From Nemertoderma westbladi (taxonomy: Eukaryota; Animalia; Xenacoelomorpha), in NCBI GenBank assembly GCA_032718475.1, contig JAUCBJ010002150.1, forward strand, positions 1 through 62,264: DNA of 62,264 nucleotides, in the 5' to 3' direction. Made by a program: the position numbers and the translations under genes. Each line of letters opens with the position of its first letter. Within the stretch, counting starts at the first letter, position 1. Below, in pieces: positions 1 to 13,018 of this stretch. The notes below the pieces were generated by a model. It had not been told where the DNA came from. It did not search any database and was given only the letters and a program-made list of their open reading frames with translations.

Positions 1-1
1 C

Positions 2-271
2 TGTTACGGTAACTGTACATCTGCCTCACCGGTTAGAGGACAGGTATCCTTCTGTCTAGTACGTAGGCATTAGACCCGCTCACGTACATAGAATAGATAC
101 AAGGCTCTGTTCCTCGCCAGTAGTCGTTTGTGTACTATATCTGTTTGTTTAGATATCCTGGACTGGGATTTGTTGTCAGATACTGTACAAGCCCGTATAC
201 ATTACTGGAGTCTCATAGTAAGATACATCGTTACTAGGATCTGGTAAGCGGTATACTACTGGACCCTTACA
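2..271. mobile_element. Possible LTR (TG...CA) abutting the 415-bp satellite
   Basis: Starts TGTTACGG and ends CCCTTACA (imperfect terminal inverted repeat). The satellite resumes mid-monomer (TCAATTTTTATATTT) immediately after. The left flank is outside the window, so no TSD can be checked. Confidence 0.35.
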
Positions 272-3200
272 TCAATTTTTATATTTATAACTTCTAACCC
301 ACTCCATGAGATAGCGAATCTTAAATGAAAGTCAAAAGAGCAGGTAACACTTTCATTTATAGAAGAAATCAGCTGTTCTTTGCTTCGTCTTTCCCCTGGA
401 GATGGATGAAATTTGATTGCGTCGGAACACCCCCTTTTTGAGGCTCTCAGAGTGGAGAGATAAGTAGCCTATCTCCCTGTTAATATTGTTGTGTTCTAGA
501 ATATTTATTATAGTTTCATCGTATTGCCAAAGCGGCTGGAGCCAAAGTTAATATGTAATGCAATAATTCACCTCAAATATCTCAGCTATTTCATGAATAT
601 AATGAGTATTAAAGCCATGTCAAAATCCTTGGGGTTTTTCAGCAATAATTTATCAAAATATCCTCTGATTTTTTTCAAAAACCACATCGATTTTCATATT
701 TATCACTTCTAATCCACTCCACGAGATAGAGAATCTTAAACGAAAGTCATAAGAACAGGTAACACTTTCCTTTATAGAAGTAATCAGCTGTTATTTGCTT
801 CGTCTTTCCCCAGGAGATGGATGAATTTTGATTGCGTCGGAACACCCCCTTTTTGAGGCTCTCAGAATGAAGAGATAAGTAGCCTATCTCCCTGTAAATA
901 TTGTTGTGGTCTAGAATTTTTATTATAGTTTCATCGTATTGCCAAACCGGCTGGAGCCAAAGTTAATATGTAATGCAATAATTCACCTCAAATATCTCAG
1001 CTATTTCATGAATATAATGAGTATTAAAGCCATGTCAAAATCCTTGGGGTTTTTCAGCAATAATGTATCAAAATATCCTCTGATTTTTTTCAAAAACCAC
1101 ATCGATTTTCATATTTATCACTTCTAATCCACTCCACGAGATAGAGAATCTTAAACGAAAGTCATAAGAACAGGTAACACTTTCCTTTATAGAAGTAATC
1201 AGCTGTTATTTGCTTCGTCTTTCCCCTGGAGATGGTTGAATTTTGATTGTGTCAAAACACCCCTCCCTATCTGTGGCTGTCTGAGTGGAGAGATAAATAG
1301 CCTATCTCCATGTTAATATTGTTGTGTTCTAGAATATTTAGTATAGTTTCATCGTATTGCCAAAGCGGCTGGAGCCAAAGTTAATATGTAACGCAATAAT
1401 TCACCTCAAATATCTCAGCTATTTCATGAATATAATGAGTATAAAGCCATGTCAAAATCCTTGGGGTTTTTCAGCAATAATTTATCAAAATATCCTCTGA
1501 TTTTTTTCAAAAACCACATCGATTTTCATATTTATCACTTCTAATCCACTCCATGAGATAGAGAATCTTAAACGAAAGTCATAAGAACAGGTAACACTTT
1601 CCTTTATAGAAGTAATCAGCTGTTATTTGCTTCGTCTTTCCCCTGGAGATGGTTGAATTTTGATTGTGTCAAAACACCCCTCCCTATCTGTGGCTGTCTG
1701 AGTGGAGAGATAAATAGCCTATCTCCATGTTAATATTGTTGTGTTCTAGAATATTTATTATAGTTTCATCGTATTGCTAAAGTGGCTGGAGTTAAAGTTA
1801 TTATGTAATGCAATAATTCACCTCAAATATCTCAGTTTTTTCATGAACATAATGAAGTATTAAAGCCATGTCAAAATCCTTGGGGTTTTTCACCAATAAT
1901 TTATCAAAATATCCTCAGATTTTTTACAAAAAACGATATCGTTTTTCATATTCATGACTTCTAACCCACTCCAAAAGATAAAGAATCTTAAATGAAAGTC
2001 AAAGGAGCAGGTAACACTTTCATTTATAGAAGTAATCAGCTGTTCTTTGCTTCGTCTTTCCCCAGGAGATGGATTAATTTTGATAGCGTCGGAACACCCC
2101 CTTTTTTCAGGCTCTCAGAGTGGAGAGATAAGTAGCCTATCTCCCTGTTAATATTGTTGTGTTCTAGAATATTTATTATAGTTTCATCGTATTGCTAATG
2201 TGGCTGCAGTTAAAGTTATTATGTAATGCAATAATTCACCTCAAATATCTCAGATTTTCATGAAAAATAATGAAGTATCAAAGCCATGTCAAAATCCTTG
2301 GGGTTTTTCAGCAATAATTTATCAAAATATCCTCAGATTTTTTACAAAAAACGAAATCGATTTTCTTATTCATGACTTCTAACCCACTCCACAAGATAAA
2401 GAATCTTAAATGAAAGTCAAAAGAACTGGTAACACTTACATTTATAGAAGTAATCAGCTGTTATTTGCTTCGTCTTTCCCCTGGAGATGGATGAATTTTG
2501 ATTGCGTCGGAACACCCCCTTTTTGAGGCTCTCAGAGTGAAGAGATAAGTAGCCTATCTCCCTGTTAATATTGTTGTGTTCTAGAATATATATTATAGTT
2601 TCATCGTATTGCCAAAGCGCCTGGAGCCGAAGTTAATATGTGATACAATAATTCACCTCAAATATCTCAGCTATTTCATGAATATAATGAGTATTAAAGC
2701 CATGTCAAAATCCTTGGGGTTTTTCAGCAATAATTTATCAAAATATCCTCTGATTTTTTTCAAAAACCACATCGATTTTCATATTTATCACTTCTAATCC
2801 ACTCCACGAGATAGAGAATCTTAAACGAAAGTCATAAGAACAGGTAACACTTTCCTTTATAGAAGTAATCAGCTGTTATTTGCTTCGTCTTTCCCCAGGA
2901 GATGGATGAATTTTGATTGCGTCGGAACACCCCCTTTTTGAGGCTCTCAGAATGAAGAGATAAGTAGCCTATCTCCCTGTTAATATTGTTGTGGTCTAGA
3001 ATTTTTATTATAGTTTCATCGTATTGCCAAAGCGGCTGGAGCCAAAGTTAATATGTAATGCAATAATTCACCTCAAATATCTCAGCCATTTCATGAATAT
3101 AATGAGTATTAAAGCCATGTCAAAATCCTTGGGGTTTTTCAGCAATAATTTATCAAAATATCCTCTGATTTTTTTCAAAAACCACATCGATTTTCATATT

Positions 3201-5885
3201 TATCACTTCTAATCCACTCCACGAGATAGAGAATCTTAAACGAAAGTCATAAGAACAGGTAACACTTTCCTTTATAGAAGTAATCAGCTGTTATTTGCTT
3301 CGTCTTTCCCCAGGAGATGGATGAATTTTGATTGCGTCGGAACACCCCCTTTTTGAGGCTCTCAGAATGAAGAGATAAGTAGCCTATCTCCCTGTTAATA
3401 TTGTTGTGGTCTAGAATTTTTATTATAGTTTCATCGTATTGCCAAAGCGGCTGGAGCCAAAGTTAATATGTAATGCAATAATTCACCTCAAATATCTCAG
3501 CTATTTCATGAATATAATGAGTATTAAAGCCATGTCAAAATCCTTGGGGTTTTTCAGCAATAATTTATCAAAATATCCTCTGATTTTTTTTAAAAACCAC
3601 ATCGATTTTCATATTTATCACTTCTAATCCACTCCACGAGATAGAGAATCTTAAACGAAAGTCATAAGAACAGGTAACACTTTCCTTTATAGAAGTAATC
3701 AGCTGTTATTTGCTTCGTCTTTCCCCTGGAGATGGTTGAATTTTGATTGTGTCAAAACACCCATCCCTATCTGTGGCTGTCTGAGTGGAGAGATAAATAG
3801 CCTATCTCCATGTTAATATTGTTGTGTTCTAGAATATTTAGTATAGTTTCATCGTATTGCCAAAGCGGCTGGAGCCAAAGTTAATATGTAACGCAATAAT
3901 TCACCTCAAATATCTCAGCTATTTCATGAACATAATGAAGTATTAAAGCCCTGTCAAAATCCTTGGGGTTTTTCAGCAATAATTTATCAAAATATCCTTT
4001 GATTTTTTTCAAAAACCACATCAATTTTTATATTTATAACTTCTAACCCACTCCATGAGATAGCGAATCTTAAATGAAAGTCAAAAGAGCAGGTAACACT
4101 TTCATTTATAGAAGAAATCAGCTATTCTTTGCTTCGTCTTTCCCCTGGAGATGGATGAAATTTGATTGCGTCGGAACACCCCCTTTTTGAGGCTCTCAGA
4201 GTGGAGAGATAAGTAGCCTATCTCCCTGTTAATATTGTTGTGTTCTAGAATATTTATTATAGTTTCATCGTATTGCCAAAGCGGCTGGAGCCGAAGTTAA
4301 TATGTAATACAACAACTCACCTCAAATTTCTCAGCTATTTCATGAACATAATGAAGTATTAAAGCCATGTCAAAATCCTTGGGGTTTTTCAGCAATAATT
4401 AATCAAAATATCCTCTGATTTTTTTCAAAAACCACATCGATTTTTATATTTATAACTTCTAACCCACTCCATGAGATAGTGAATCTTAAATGAATGTCAA
4501 AAGAACAGGTAACACTTTCATTTATAGAAGTAATCAGCTGTTCTTTGCTTCGTCTTTCCCCTGGAGATGGTATGAATTTTGATTGCGTCGGAACACCCCC
4601 TTTTTGAGGCTCTCAGAGTGGAGAGATAAGTAGCCTATCTCCCTGTTAATATTGTTGTGTTCTAGAATATTTATTATAGTTTCATCGTATTGCCAAAGAG
4701 GCTGGAGCTGAAGTTAATATGTAATGCAACAATTCACCTCAAATTTCTCAGCTATTTCATGAACATAATGAAGTATTAAAGCCATGTCAAAATCCTTGGG
4801 GTTTTTCAGCAATAATTTATCAAAATATCCTTTGATTTTTTTCAAAAACCACATCGATTTTCATATTTATCACTTCTAATCCACTCCACGAGATAGAGAA
4901 TCTTAAATCGAAAGTCATAAGAACAGGTAACACTTTCCTTTATAGAAGTAATCAGCTGTTATTTGCTTCGTCTTTCCCCAGGAGATGGATGAATTTTGAT
5001 TGCGTCGGAACACCCCCTTTTTGAGGCTCTCAGAATGAAGAGATAAGTAGCCTATCTCCCTGTTAATATTGTTGTGGTCTAGAATTTTTATTATAGTTTC
5101 ATCGTATTGCCAAAGCGGCTGGAGCCAAAGTTAATATGTAACGCAACAACTCACCTCAAATTTCTCAGCTATTTCATGAACATAATGAAGTATTAAAGCC
5201 ATGTCAAAATCCTTGGGGTTTTTCAGCAATAATTAATCAAAATATCCTTTGATTTTTTTCAAAAACCACATTGATTTTTATATTTATAACTTCTAACCCA
5301 CTCCATGTGATAGTGAATCTTAAATGAATGTCAAAAGAACAGGTAACACTTACATTTATAGAAGTAATCAGCTGTTCTTTGCTTCGTCTTTCCCCTGGAT
5401 ATGTATGAAATTTGATTGCGTCGGAACACCCCCTTTTTGAGGCTCTCAGAGTGAAGAGATAAGTATCCTATCTCCCTGTTAATATTGTTGTGTTCTAGAA
5501 TATTTATTATAGTTTCATCGTATTGCCAAAGAGACTGGAGCTGAAGTTAATATATAATGCAACAATTCACCTCAAATTTCTCAGCTATTTCATGAACATA
5601 ATGAAGTATTAAAGCCATGTCAAAATCCTTGGTGTTTTTCAGCAATAATTAATCAAAATATCCTTTGATTTTTTTCAAAAACCACATCGATTTTCATATT
5701 TATCACTTCTAATCCACTCCACGAGATAGAGAATCTTAATCGAAAGTCATAAGAACAGGTAACACTTTCCTTTATAGAAGTAATCAGCTGTTCTTTGCTT
5801 CGTCTTTCCCCTGGAGATGGATGAAATTTGATTGCGTCGGAACACCCCCTTTTTGAGGCTCTCAGAGTGAAGAGATAAGTAGCCT
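272..5885. repeat. Satellite array, 415-418 bp monomer, ~13.5 copies
   Basis: Landmark TTGCCAAAGCGGCTGG recurs at 524, 939, ~1357, ... 2609, 3024, 3439, ~3857 etc. At least two monomer variants (CCCCTTTTTGAGGCTCTCAG vs CCCTCCCTATCTGTGGCTGTCTG). Confidence 0.98.
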
Positions 5886-5886
5886 C

Positions 5887-6056
5887 GGCTACATTTTGTT
5901 CTTATAGTTCCGCCTGTGGCTACATTTTGTACTTATAGTTCCGTCCGTGGCTACATTTTGTTTTCATAGTTCCGCCTGTGGCTACATTTTATACTTATAG
6001 TTCGGCCGGTGGCTACATTTTGTACTTATAGTTCCACCCGTGGCTACATTTTGTTC
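5887..6056. repeat. 31-bp minisatellite, ~5.5 copies
   Basis: GGCTACATTTTGTWCTTATAGTTCCGCCTGT repeated head to tail directly after the satellite. Confidence 0.9.
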
Positions 6057-6145
6057 ATCTATTACAATAAATGTCTGATTTTGTTTGTTTTGGTTATATT
6101 TTAATATTTATAATTAAATACATTTAATTGTTACTATGAAAAATT

Positions 6146-6184
6146 TTAAGCCCCCCCCTTAAGAAATTCCTGGATCCGCCCCTG
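6146..6184 (-). mobile_element. Probable terminus of a non-autonomous DNA transposon/MITE
   Basis: Reverse complement reads CAGGGGCGGATCCAGGAATTTCTTAAGGGGGGGG, a terminus type common in invertebrate MITEs. No partner end seen in the window. Confidence 0.45.
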
Positions 6185-7022
6185 ATTGTCAGAGTGAATG
6201 TTAATGGCAGTGGAGTGGAGCTGGAGATGGTCGGTTGTACTTACACCTATTCTCGCCGGATCCGGATCATGATAGGCTTGGCTGTCGTCGATGATACCGT
6301 TTTCCGAACCGTCCGAAATGTTCGGATTGACCAGAGTTTCATCCATGATGTTAATTATAGACGCGCCCGCGTCCGTAAATACCACGATATACGCAGGCCT
6401 GTTCGCCTACCTACCACTACCACTGCTACCAGACAGCCTACTCTAGGCCTAATTTACTGAACCTGCTGTCAATGCCCTAATGCTGCAATGTCAGCAGGCG
6501 GTAAGGTGGTAACAGACTGGCAGAGCCGTTAGGGCTTGTGAAGGAGAACAGAAAAAAGCATAGGCTGATAGGCCCAGGCCTATGTGCATGTGCAATAAGC
6601 ATAAATTGCAGTCAGTACGGCTACAGCCAGTGAACCAGACAGCAGTAAAAGCGCAGTATTTCTTTTATAATACCGATACGTTATTAATAAAAAAAATGAT
6701 TTAGAAATTTATAATTATTTCTTTTGAACAAAACTGTCCCGGCTAAACAGTGGGAAAGCGGTTTGGGTCGCTTTTTGTTATTTTATGAGGCTTTGCCGGT
6801 AAAACCTTCATTTGGCGGCTGTAATACTAACGCCCGTCAGCCCGTATTCTACCGTGCTGGCGCGCTTGGCGTAATTTCATCACCTGAGCATGTAAACGTT
6901 AATTGCCAATGGCCTTTAAAATAAATATTCTTTATTATAAAACCTTCAGTTTATTTATTTCCTAAATCAGGCATGTCACTAAATGCGATATGAGCCAAAA
7001 ACGGATGACAATAATCATGCAG

Positions 7023-7393
7023 TGTAGTGGTGAAAATTGAACGCACACGCACAGTTCAAAAGAAATACTGGCGTTTATACAGCCGCATAGACGGGTGTCT
7101 AAGAGACTGCTAGAAACAGATAAAGGATAAAGTAGCTACTGACAGATGCAGTCAGTAGCTGGTGGACACAGAGCAGAAAGTCTGATGTCCGTGTGATTCT
7201 ATTCATCAGAATGAATGAATGAATGAATGAAATAGCAGTACGTCCAGTATTTATAGGTGACAGAGTGAAGAATGTATCAAATTATTAGTGTTGGCGGGAA
7301 ATTTGAATGTTAATGAAGATAATGATAATGAATGAAATATCTAAGATACTTTTTACGTTTTTTGAGGGGGTAAGGACGCCGAAAGCCGTGACA
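7023..7393 (-). mobile_element. LTR-like segment (371 bp)
   Basis: On - strand begins TGTCACGG and ends CCACTACA, with TATA-like CTATAAATA (~7248-7256) and a (GAAT)n run. No TSD, polypurine tract or second copy found. Confidence 0.35.
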
Positions 7394-7479
7394 CGTGCCG
7401 TCGCACTCAGGAAATGTGAAATCGTCTGGCGTCTTGTCCCTAGTGCCATAGTCACTTAGCCCCCCAGTCCCAGTAGCTA

Positions 7480-9195
7480 ATTGAGAAAGGTTGTATGACT
7501 ATAGTACTTACACCACTATCTCCGCACTCCGCACTATCACCTCACCACTCTCTTGTCACTCCCTAAGGCTTTAATCTCTAATGCTACCCCTGTGCTATCA
7601 TACTATCTACCTACTGCTTACTAACTCTAACTATCTAACTAACTCTGCTAACTACTAACTCTTACTACTTCTAGCTCTAACTGGGAGCCTCTAACTTTCT
7701 ACTGACTCTAACTCTCTACTAAGTCTAACTAACTCCTACTAACTTTCTACTTTTACTAACTCTACTTGACTCCTCTGAGTCTACCAACTCTGCTAACTAG
7801 CTCTACTAACTCTACTCCACTAGCTCTGCTAACTCTACTCCACTAGCTCTGCTAACTCTACTAACTAGCTCTACTAACTCTACTCCACTCTTCTAACTAC
7901 GTGGCGCTTGCGGTGCCCACAACCACTCTACTATATGGCACCCTATGTGCCCTCTCTGCTCTACTCTACTACCTGGCACCCTATGTGCCCGTCTCTACTC
8001 TTCTACTCACTGGTACCCTATGTACCCTCTCTACTACCTCTAACACTCTAACTCTACTACCTGGCACCCTATGTGCCCTCTCTACTCTTCTACTACCTGG
8101 CACCCAATGTGCCCGTCTCTACTCCTCTACTCCCCCTTTACGTCTCATCGCCTACACGTGACGCTCTGAGTGCCGGCAGAGTGGGTACGTTAATTATGTG
8201 AACTACTACTGACTCTACTAACTCTACTAACTCTCTACTAACTCAACTAACTCTACTACTAACTCAACTAACTCTACTGCTAACTCTTACTAACTCTTTT
8301 TGTGCCCGGCACCTCTTGTGCCCGGCACCTTCTAACTCTACTAACTCTTTTTGTGCCCGGCACCTCTTGTGCCCGGCACCTTCTAACTCTACTAACTCCT
8401 TTTGTGCCCGGCACCTCTTGTGCCCGGCACCCACCCTAATTAACATACCCTGCTCTTACATCAAACACATCATCACGCCCGTGCCCCACTAAGTTCAGCG
8501 CATTCCCTACTAACTCTAACTACGTGGCGCTTACGGTGCCCACAACCCTCTACTGCTACTACTAACACCCCTAACTAGTGGTACTACGTACCCTCTTACT
8601 ACTCTAGCTCTCTCTACTAGCTAGCGGTACAACGTACCCTCTTACTCTTACTAACTCTCTAACGGTACTACGTACCCCTTAACTCCTATTCTCTAATGGT
8701 ACTGCGTACCCTCTAACTCTTACTTTCTAATCGGTACTTACGTACCGTCTAACTCTAACTAACTAGCGGTACTTACGTATACCTCTCACTCTCTAACTAA
8801 CTAGCGGTACTTACGTACCCTCTAACTCTAACTAACTAGCGGTACTTACGTACCCTCTAACTCTAACTAACTAGCGGTACTTACGTACCCTCTAACTCTC
8901 TTCTACTAACGGTACTACACGTACCCTCCTACTAACTCTTCTACTAACGGTACTACACGTACCCTCCTACTAACTCTTCTACTAACGGTACTACACGTAC
9001 CCTCCTACTAACTCTTCTACTAACGGTACTACACGTACCCTCCTACTAACTCTTCTACTAACGGTACTACACGTACCCTCCTACTAACTCTTCTACTAAC
9101 GGTACTACACGTACCCTCCTTTAACTAACTAACTAACTAATTAACTCTTACTACCTAACTTCTACCTACTCTATTATTTAATTATTTTCTTATTT
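7480..9195. repeat. Strand-biased low-complexity tract with nested minisatellites
   Basis: ACT/CTA/CTCT-rich and G-poor on +. Sub-arrays: 51-bp x3 (~8288-8430), 35-bp (~8750-8895), 38-bp x~6 (~8895-9120). Confidence 0.92.
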
Positions 9196-9199
9196 TTAA

Positions 9200-12100
9200 T
9201 TAAATAATTATTTTATATTTTGTGCGTGGAAAGGGCGTCTCGCCCTCATTCCCACCCCCCTCAGTCCAAAACTTTGGACGACTAAACACTCTCAGGTGCC
9301 CCTCCTTCCGGTAGACACTCTCCCGCTGCCCTCCTATACGCCCTCTAACTCTTCGCCACACTCTCTTCGACACTATCTCCGCTAGCCTCCCCCTTCGTAT
9401 GTGCGCTGGCATTAAAGGCCTCGACGACCCCCGCTCGTTCCTTGGTACACATGGCGTCTGCCCGTGCAATGCCCCCTCGCACTGTGTCCGTCCTGTGTGT
9501 GTATGCAACACGCCTCCTCCTACTTTCCCGACTCCCTTATGTTTGCTAATGGGCTTCTCTGCCCCTGGTTTAGTCCTTTCATATCCTCTCCCTTTCCAAC
9601 ACTCTCCGGATCTGTGTCCTTTTACCACACATCGATGACATAGTCCGTTTGCGTCTGTGTAGGCTACACGATCTCGTTTGGGCAACGCTTGCCAGTACTT
9701 ACAACTCCTGGTCTTATGGGTTCCGTCCCGGTAATTGACATTGGAATCCTGGATTATAGCGTTTCCTGTATAGTCCTTCACGTATCGCGCTTAGGTTTAT
9801 ATGTACCGATTTAATGTTTTGGTTGTCTAGACTCGGCCTACTGGGTATATTGGGATTGTGTTTATTTTTGGTGTTATTTTCTTTCTGTCCCTGCCACGGT
9901 GTGGCCCTGCTACCAGCTAACTGTGGACTAGCAGTCCCCTGTACGGCCGCGTGTGGTGGTGACTGTCCGCATGACCTGTTCTCGTCCAGGGAGTTCGATG
10001 TTCTTGCTCCTATCGGGGTACATTGTCGATATTGTGATGGGGGAATGTCACCCTGCCCCCCCCCCCCAGCCGGTATGTTTGGTACTGGGGTTGATGTTAA
10101 TACATTGGGGCCCATACGTCTATCTCCAATAACTCCCCCCTCCCCTGGATATATGTTATGTCCCTGTGTATTATAGTCATGCTGCTGTACCGATATAGGC
10201 CTACCTACCTCTCGCCTACCTACCGGTATGTACTCCGCGACTTCCGGGTTTAATCCCATCGTTCGCGCTACCCCATCGCCTACTCTATCTCTCCCAGCAT
10301 GGCCTATAATAGTATGTGCAGTAAGGCCTACAGTATGTCCTGCAGTCTGCATGTGCCCTTCCGAACCGAAGTTTATTCTTCGCGAATCTCGAATCTCCCC
10401 GCGACTACTGCACTCTCGATCGGCAGCTATATCCCGTCGGGAAGCTTCTCTTCGATCCCCTCTCCTGTTCTCGACTTTGTATTGGTACCTCCTGTACCCC
10501 TCTCTTGGCGTGCGGTGCGTTTCTCCGGGGCGACGGCAATCTCCCGAAGTTCGACCCCACTGGCTCCCTGACTCCATCTCTACTATCGACGGTCCGTTAT
10601 CCGTCCTCACACTGCTATCGTTCGTGGCGACACTTCTTCTACTATCTTCTCTTCTTCCCCTTTTCGTGCAGTATTCCCGCTCGTGAGATCTCTCGTCGAC
10701 CTCCCGGTTAAACTCCACTGTTCTTCTTCTCTCTTCTGATCGGGCTCGACGCTTCGTCTGCCCTCTCGCGACGTCAACCTGCTTCTCTCTGCTCGATCGC
10801 ACGCCGCTGGGGATACTTGCAATCCCCCTATTACTCTCCATCGCCGGGTGTTGCGGTTTACCTAGCTCGGCCCGCGCATTATCCGCTGACGGCTGTGGGA
10901 CACTCTCTGCCCCCCCCTCTCTCTCTACTAATCTCTCGCGGTGGGGTGCCTGTAGCCCCCCCCACCCGCTACTTCTAACTCCACTATCCCTTACTACACT
11001 TCTGCGTCCCTCTTGTCGGACATTCTCTACCCCCCTTCTCTCGCCACTAATCTTTTGTGGTGGGGCTCCTGTAGCCCCCCCCCCCCACCCGCTACTTCTA
11101 ACTTCACTACCTCCTACTACACCTCTACACCCCTCTTGTGGGGCATTCTCTGCCCCCCCTCTCTCGCCACTAATCTTATGTGGTGGGGCGCCCGTAGCCC
11201 CCCCCCCCCACTCGCCACATCTAACTTCACTATCTCTTACTTCGTCTCTACACCCCTCTCTAGTCGACGCACTGTCTTTACTACGGCTGGGTCTATTCAC
11301 CCCCGCCTCTCTCTCTACTACTGCGTGGCCTACCAGGCCCACCTCGGGTTGGCTCAACCGCGCCACTTCCTGCCTACTAACTACGTGGCCTACCAGGCCG
11401 CCGTCTGCCGGGCTATACACGTCTGACGCGTTCACATTAATAGCACCATTCCCAATATTATTTGTTAAATCAATTAGATTGTTAGAATTTGAAACGAGAT
11501 TTAAATTATTTAAATTAGAATTATTTGAATTACTTGGATCACTACTATTCTCTAAACTTAAATTATTATTCGAATTATTTTTCGGGTTTGAATTGAAATT
11601 ATTATTTAGAGTATTTGTATTTAAATTTAAATTACTACTACCCGGTAAAATATTATTATTTCCTGTAATAAAGGGATTAGGGTTATTTACTACGGTACTA
11701 TTAATATTAACTGCTTCTAACGTACTACTACTACCCCCCCCCCGCCCGTACGGCTACACCAGTTCTGGTTCTCTCGCCCGGTGCCTGTAAGTGGGGGCTC
11801 ACTCTCTGATATCTCCAGCCGCGCCAGTTCTAGTCGGCGCCGTTTAAGTTTGGCCCGATATTGTGCAAGCATCCCTAGCACGGCATGCAAATCATCCCGC
11901 CTGCGCTCACCCTCTATCCCCCACTCTCGCATATTCTGCTCGGCCAACTCTGCCTCTCTCGCAATCGTCTCAAGCCGCCTCGCCGGCTCGCTCTCTACAC
12001 CCATCTCTAGCTCTCTACACTCCTTGGCTCCCTCTCTACACTCCTCGGCCCTCTCTCTACACTCCCTCTCCAACTCTCCTACCTTCTCTGAGAATGCGGT

Positions 12101-13018
12101 TTCCTCTCTCAATCGTCTCTCTAACTCATTCTGCTCTGTCACAACCATTTCTAATTTATACGCCATGCGTTCATTCTCTCGCACCCGTCTTTCTTTTACG
12201 GAGGATGTAGCAGACTTATCGGTTGCGACGGACTCCCGCCGCCCCTCCGTCCTACTAACTTTCCCCCGCCTCCCGGAACTTCCTCCGACCGACGAGACCG
12301 AATCCTCGGAGTTAACCTCGGATTCGCCCTCCTCAGGTCTCTTCCAACCCACTAATTTTACTCCCCGGGCATCGACTAAGTATGGCCCTACGTACACTAC
12401 GCTAGGTTCCATACCCCCACATTCCCATAGTTCAATCAGTTCGTTGACAACTCCCCTCGCCCTCTCCTCGGCTAGTTCTCTCTGCCCAGAACACACTAGG
12501 TGATCAAAGTATCTGTTCGACTCACCTAGTCCTTTCCTCAGTCTCACCTCGTCTATCTTCGCCCCTCCTTTGGCCTCTCTCAGTCGCTCCCTGGTCGCGA
12601 GGTAGGCTCGTCGAAGTCGATCAGAAACCCCGACGTCCTCGTCGCCAACCTCTCCTCCATCTCTCCGGGTCCGACGTCATACCGACGGCCCCACCGTCGC
12701 CGTTCCGGTGGACCGTTCGTCGTCCTCGGCCTGTGGCTGGCCGGCGACATCGGTATGTCGACCCTCGCTCCGCGTCGACTCATCTTTCTCTTCTCCTCCC
12801 TTCTCGTCTCCTTCCCTCGACTCGCTCTCCGGTTGTAGACAACCCCCCACATCTTGGTTCGCCGGGTTGCTCGTTGTCGACGTGGCGTCAACCTGCGTCG
12901 ACGTGGTCGGCGTAGCATCGACCGGCGTCGTGGGTTCGTATCGTCTCGCCGTGGCCTCGCGGATCGTTAGATCGTCGTCCGGGGTCCGCGGCGGTGTCGT
13001 GTCACCTGACCGACTCAT
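9200..13018 (-). mobile_element. Disrupted gag-like ORF (~1270 codons reconstructed) with CCHC zinc knuckles; no pol
   Basis: ORFs 12677-13018 and 11717-12547 are in the same frame, separated by one TGA. A 1-nt shift in the G10 run (11734-11743) enters an open Asn-rich frame continuous with ORF 9714-11435. A further shift at ~9730 enters ORF 9200-9781, which carries CHRCVVKGHRSGEC (C-x2-C-x4-H-x4-C). The Glu/Arg-rich part looks coiled-coil. Confidence 0.7.

Noticed and set aside
524-3627. Five near-identical 62-aa ORFs
   Set aside because: They start at TTG inside satellite monomers and are frameshifted in other monomers; no coding signature.
7480-9195. Telomeric repeat tract
   Set aside because: CTAA-containing words are present, but there is no regular (TTAGGG)n or (TTAGG)n array.
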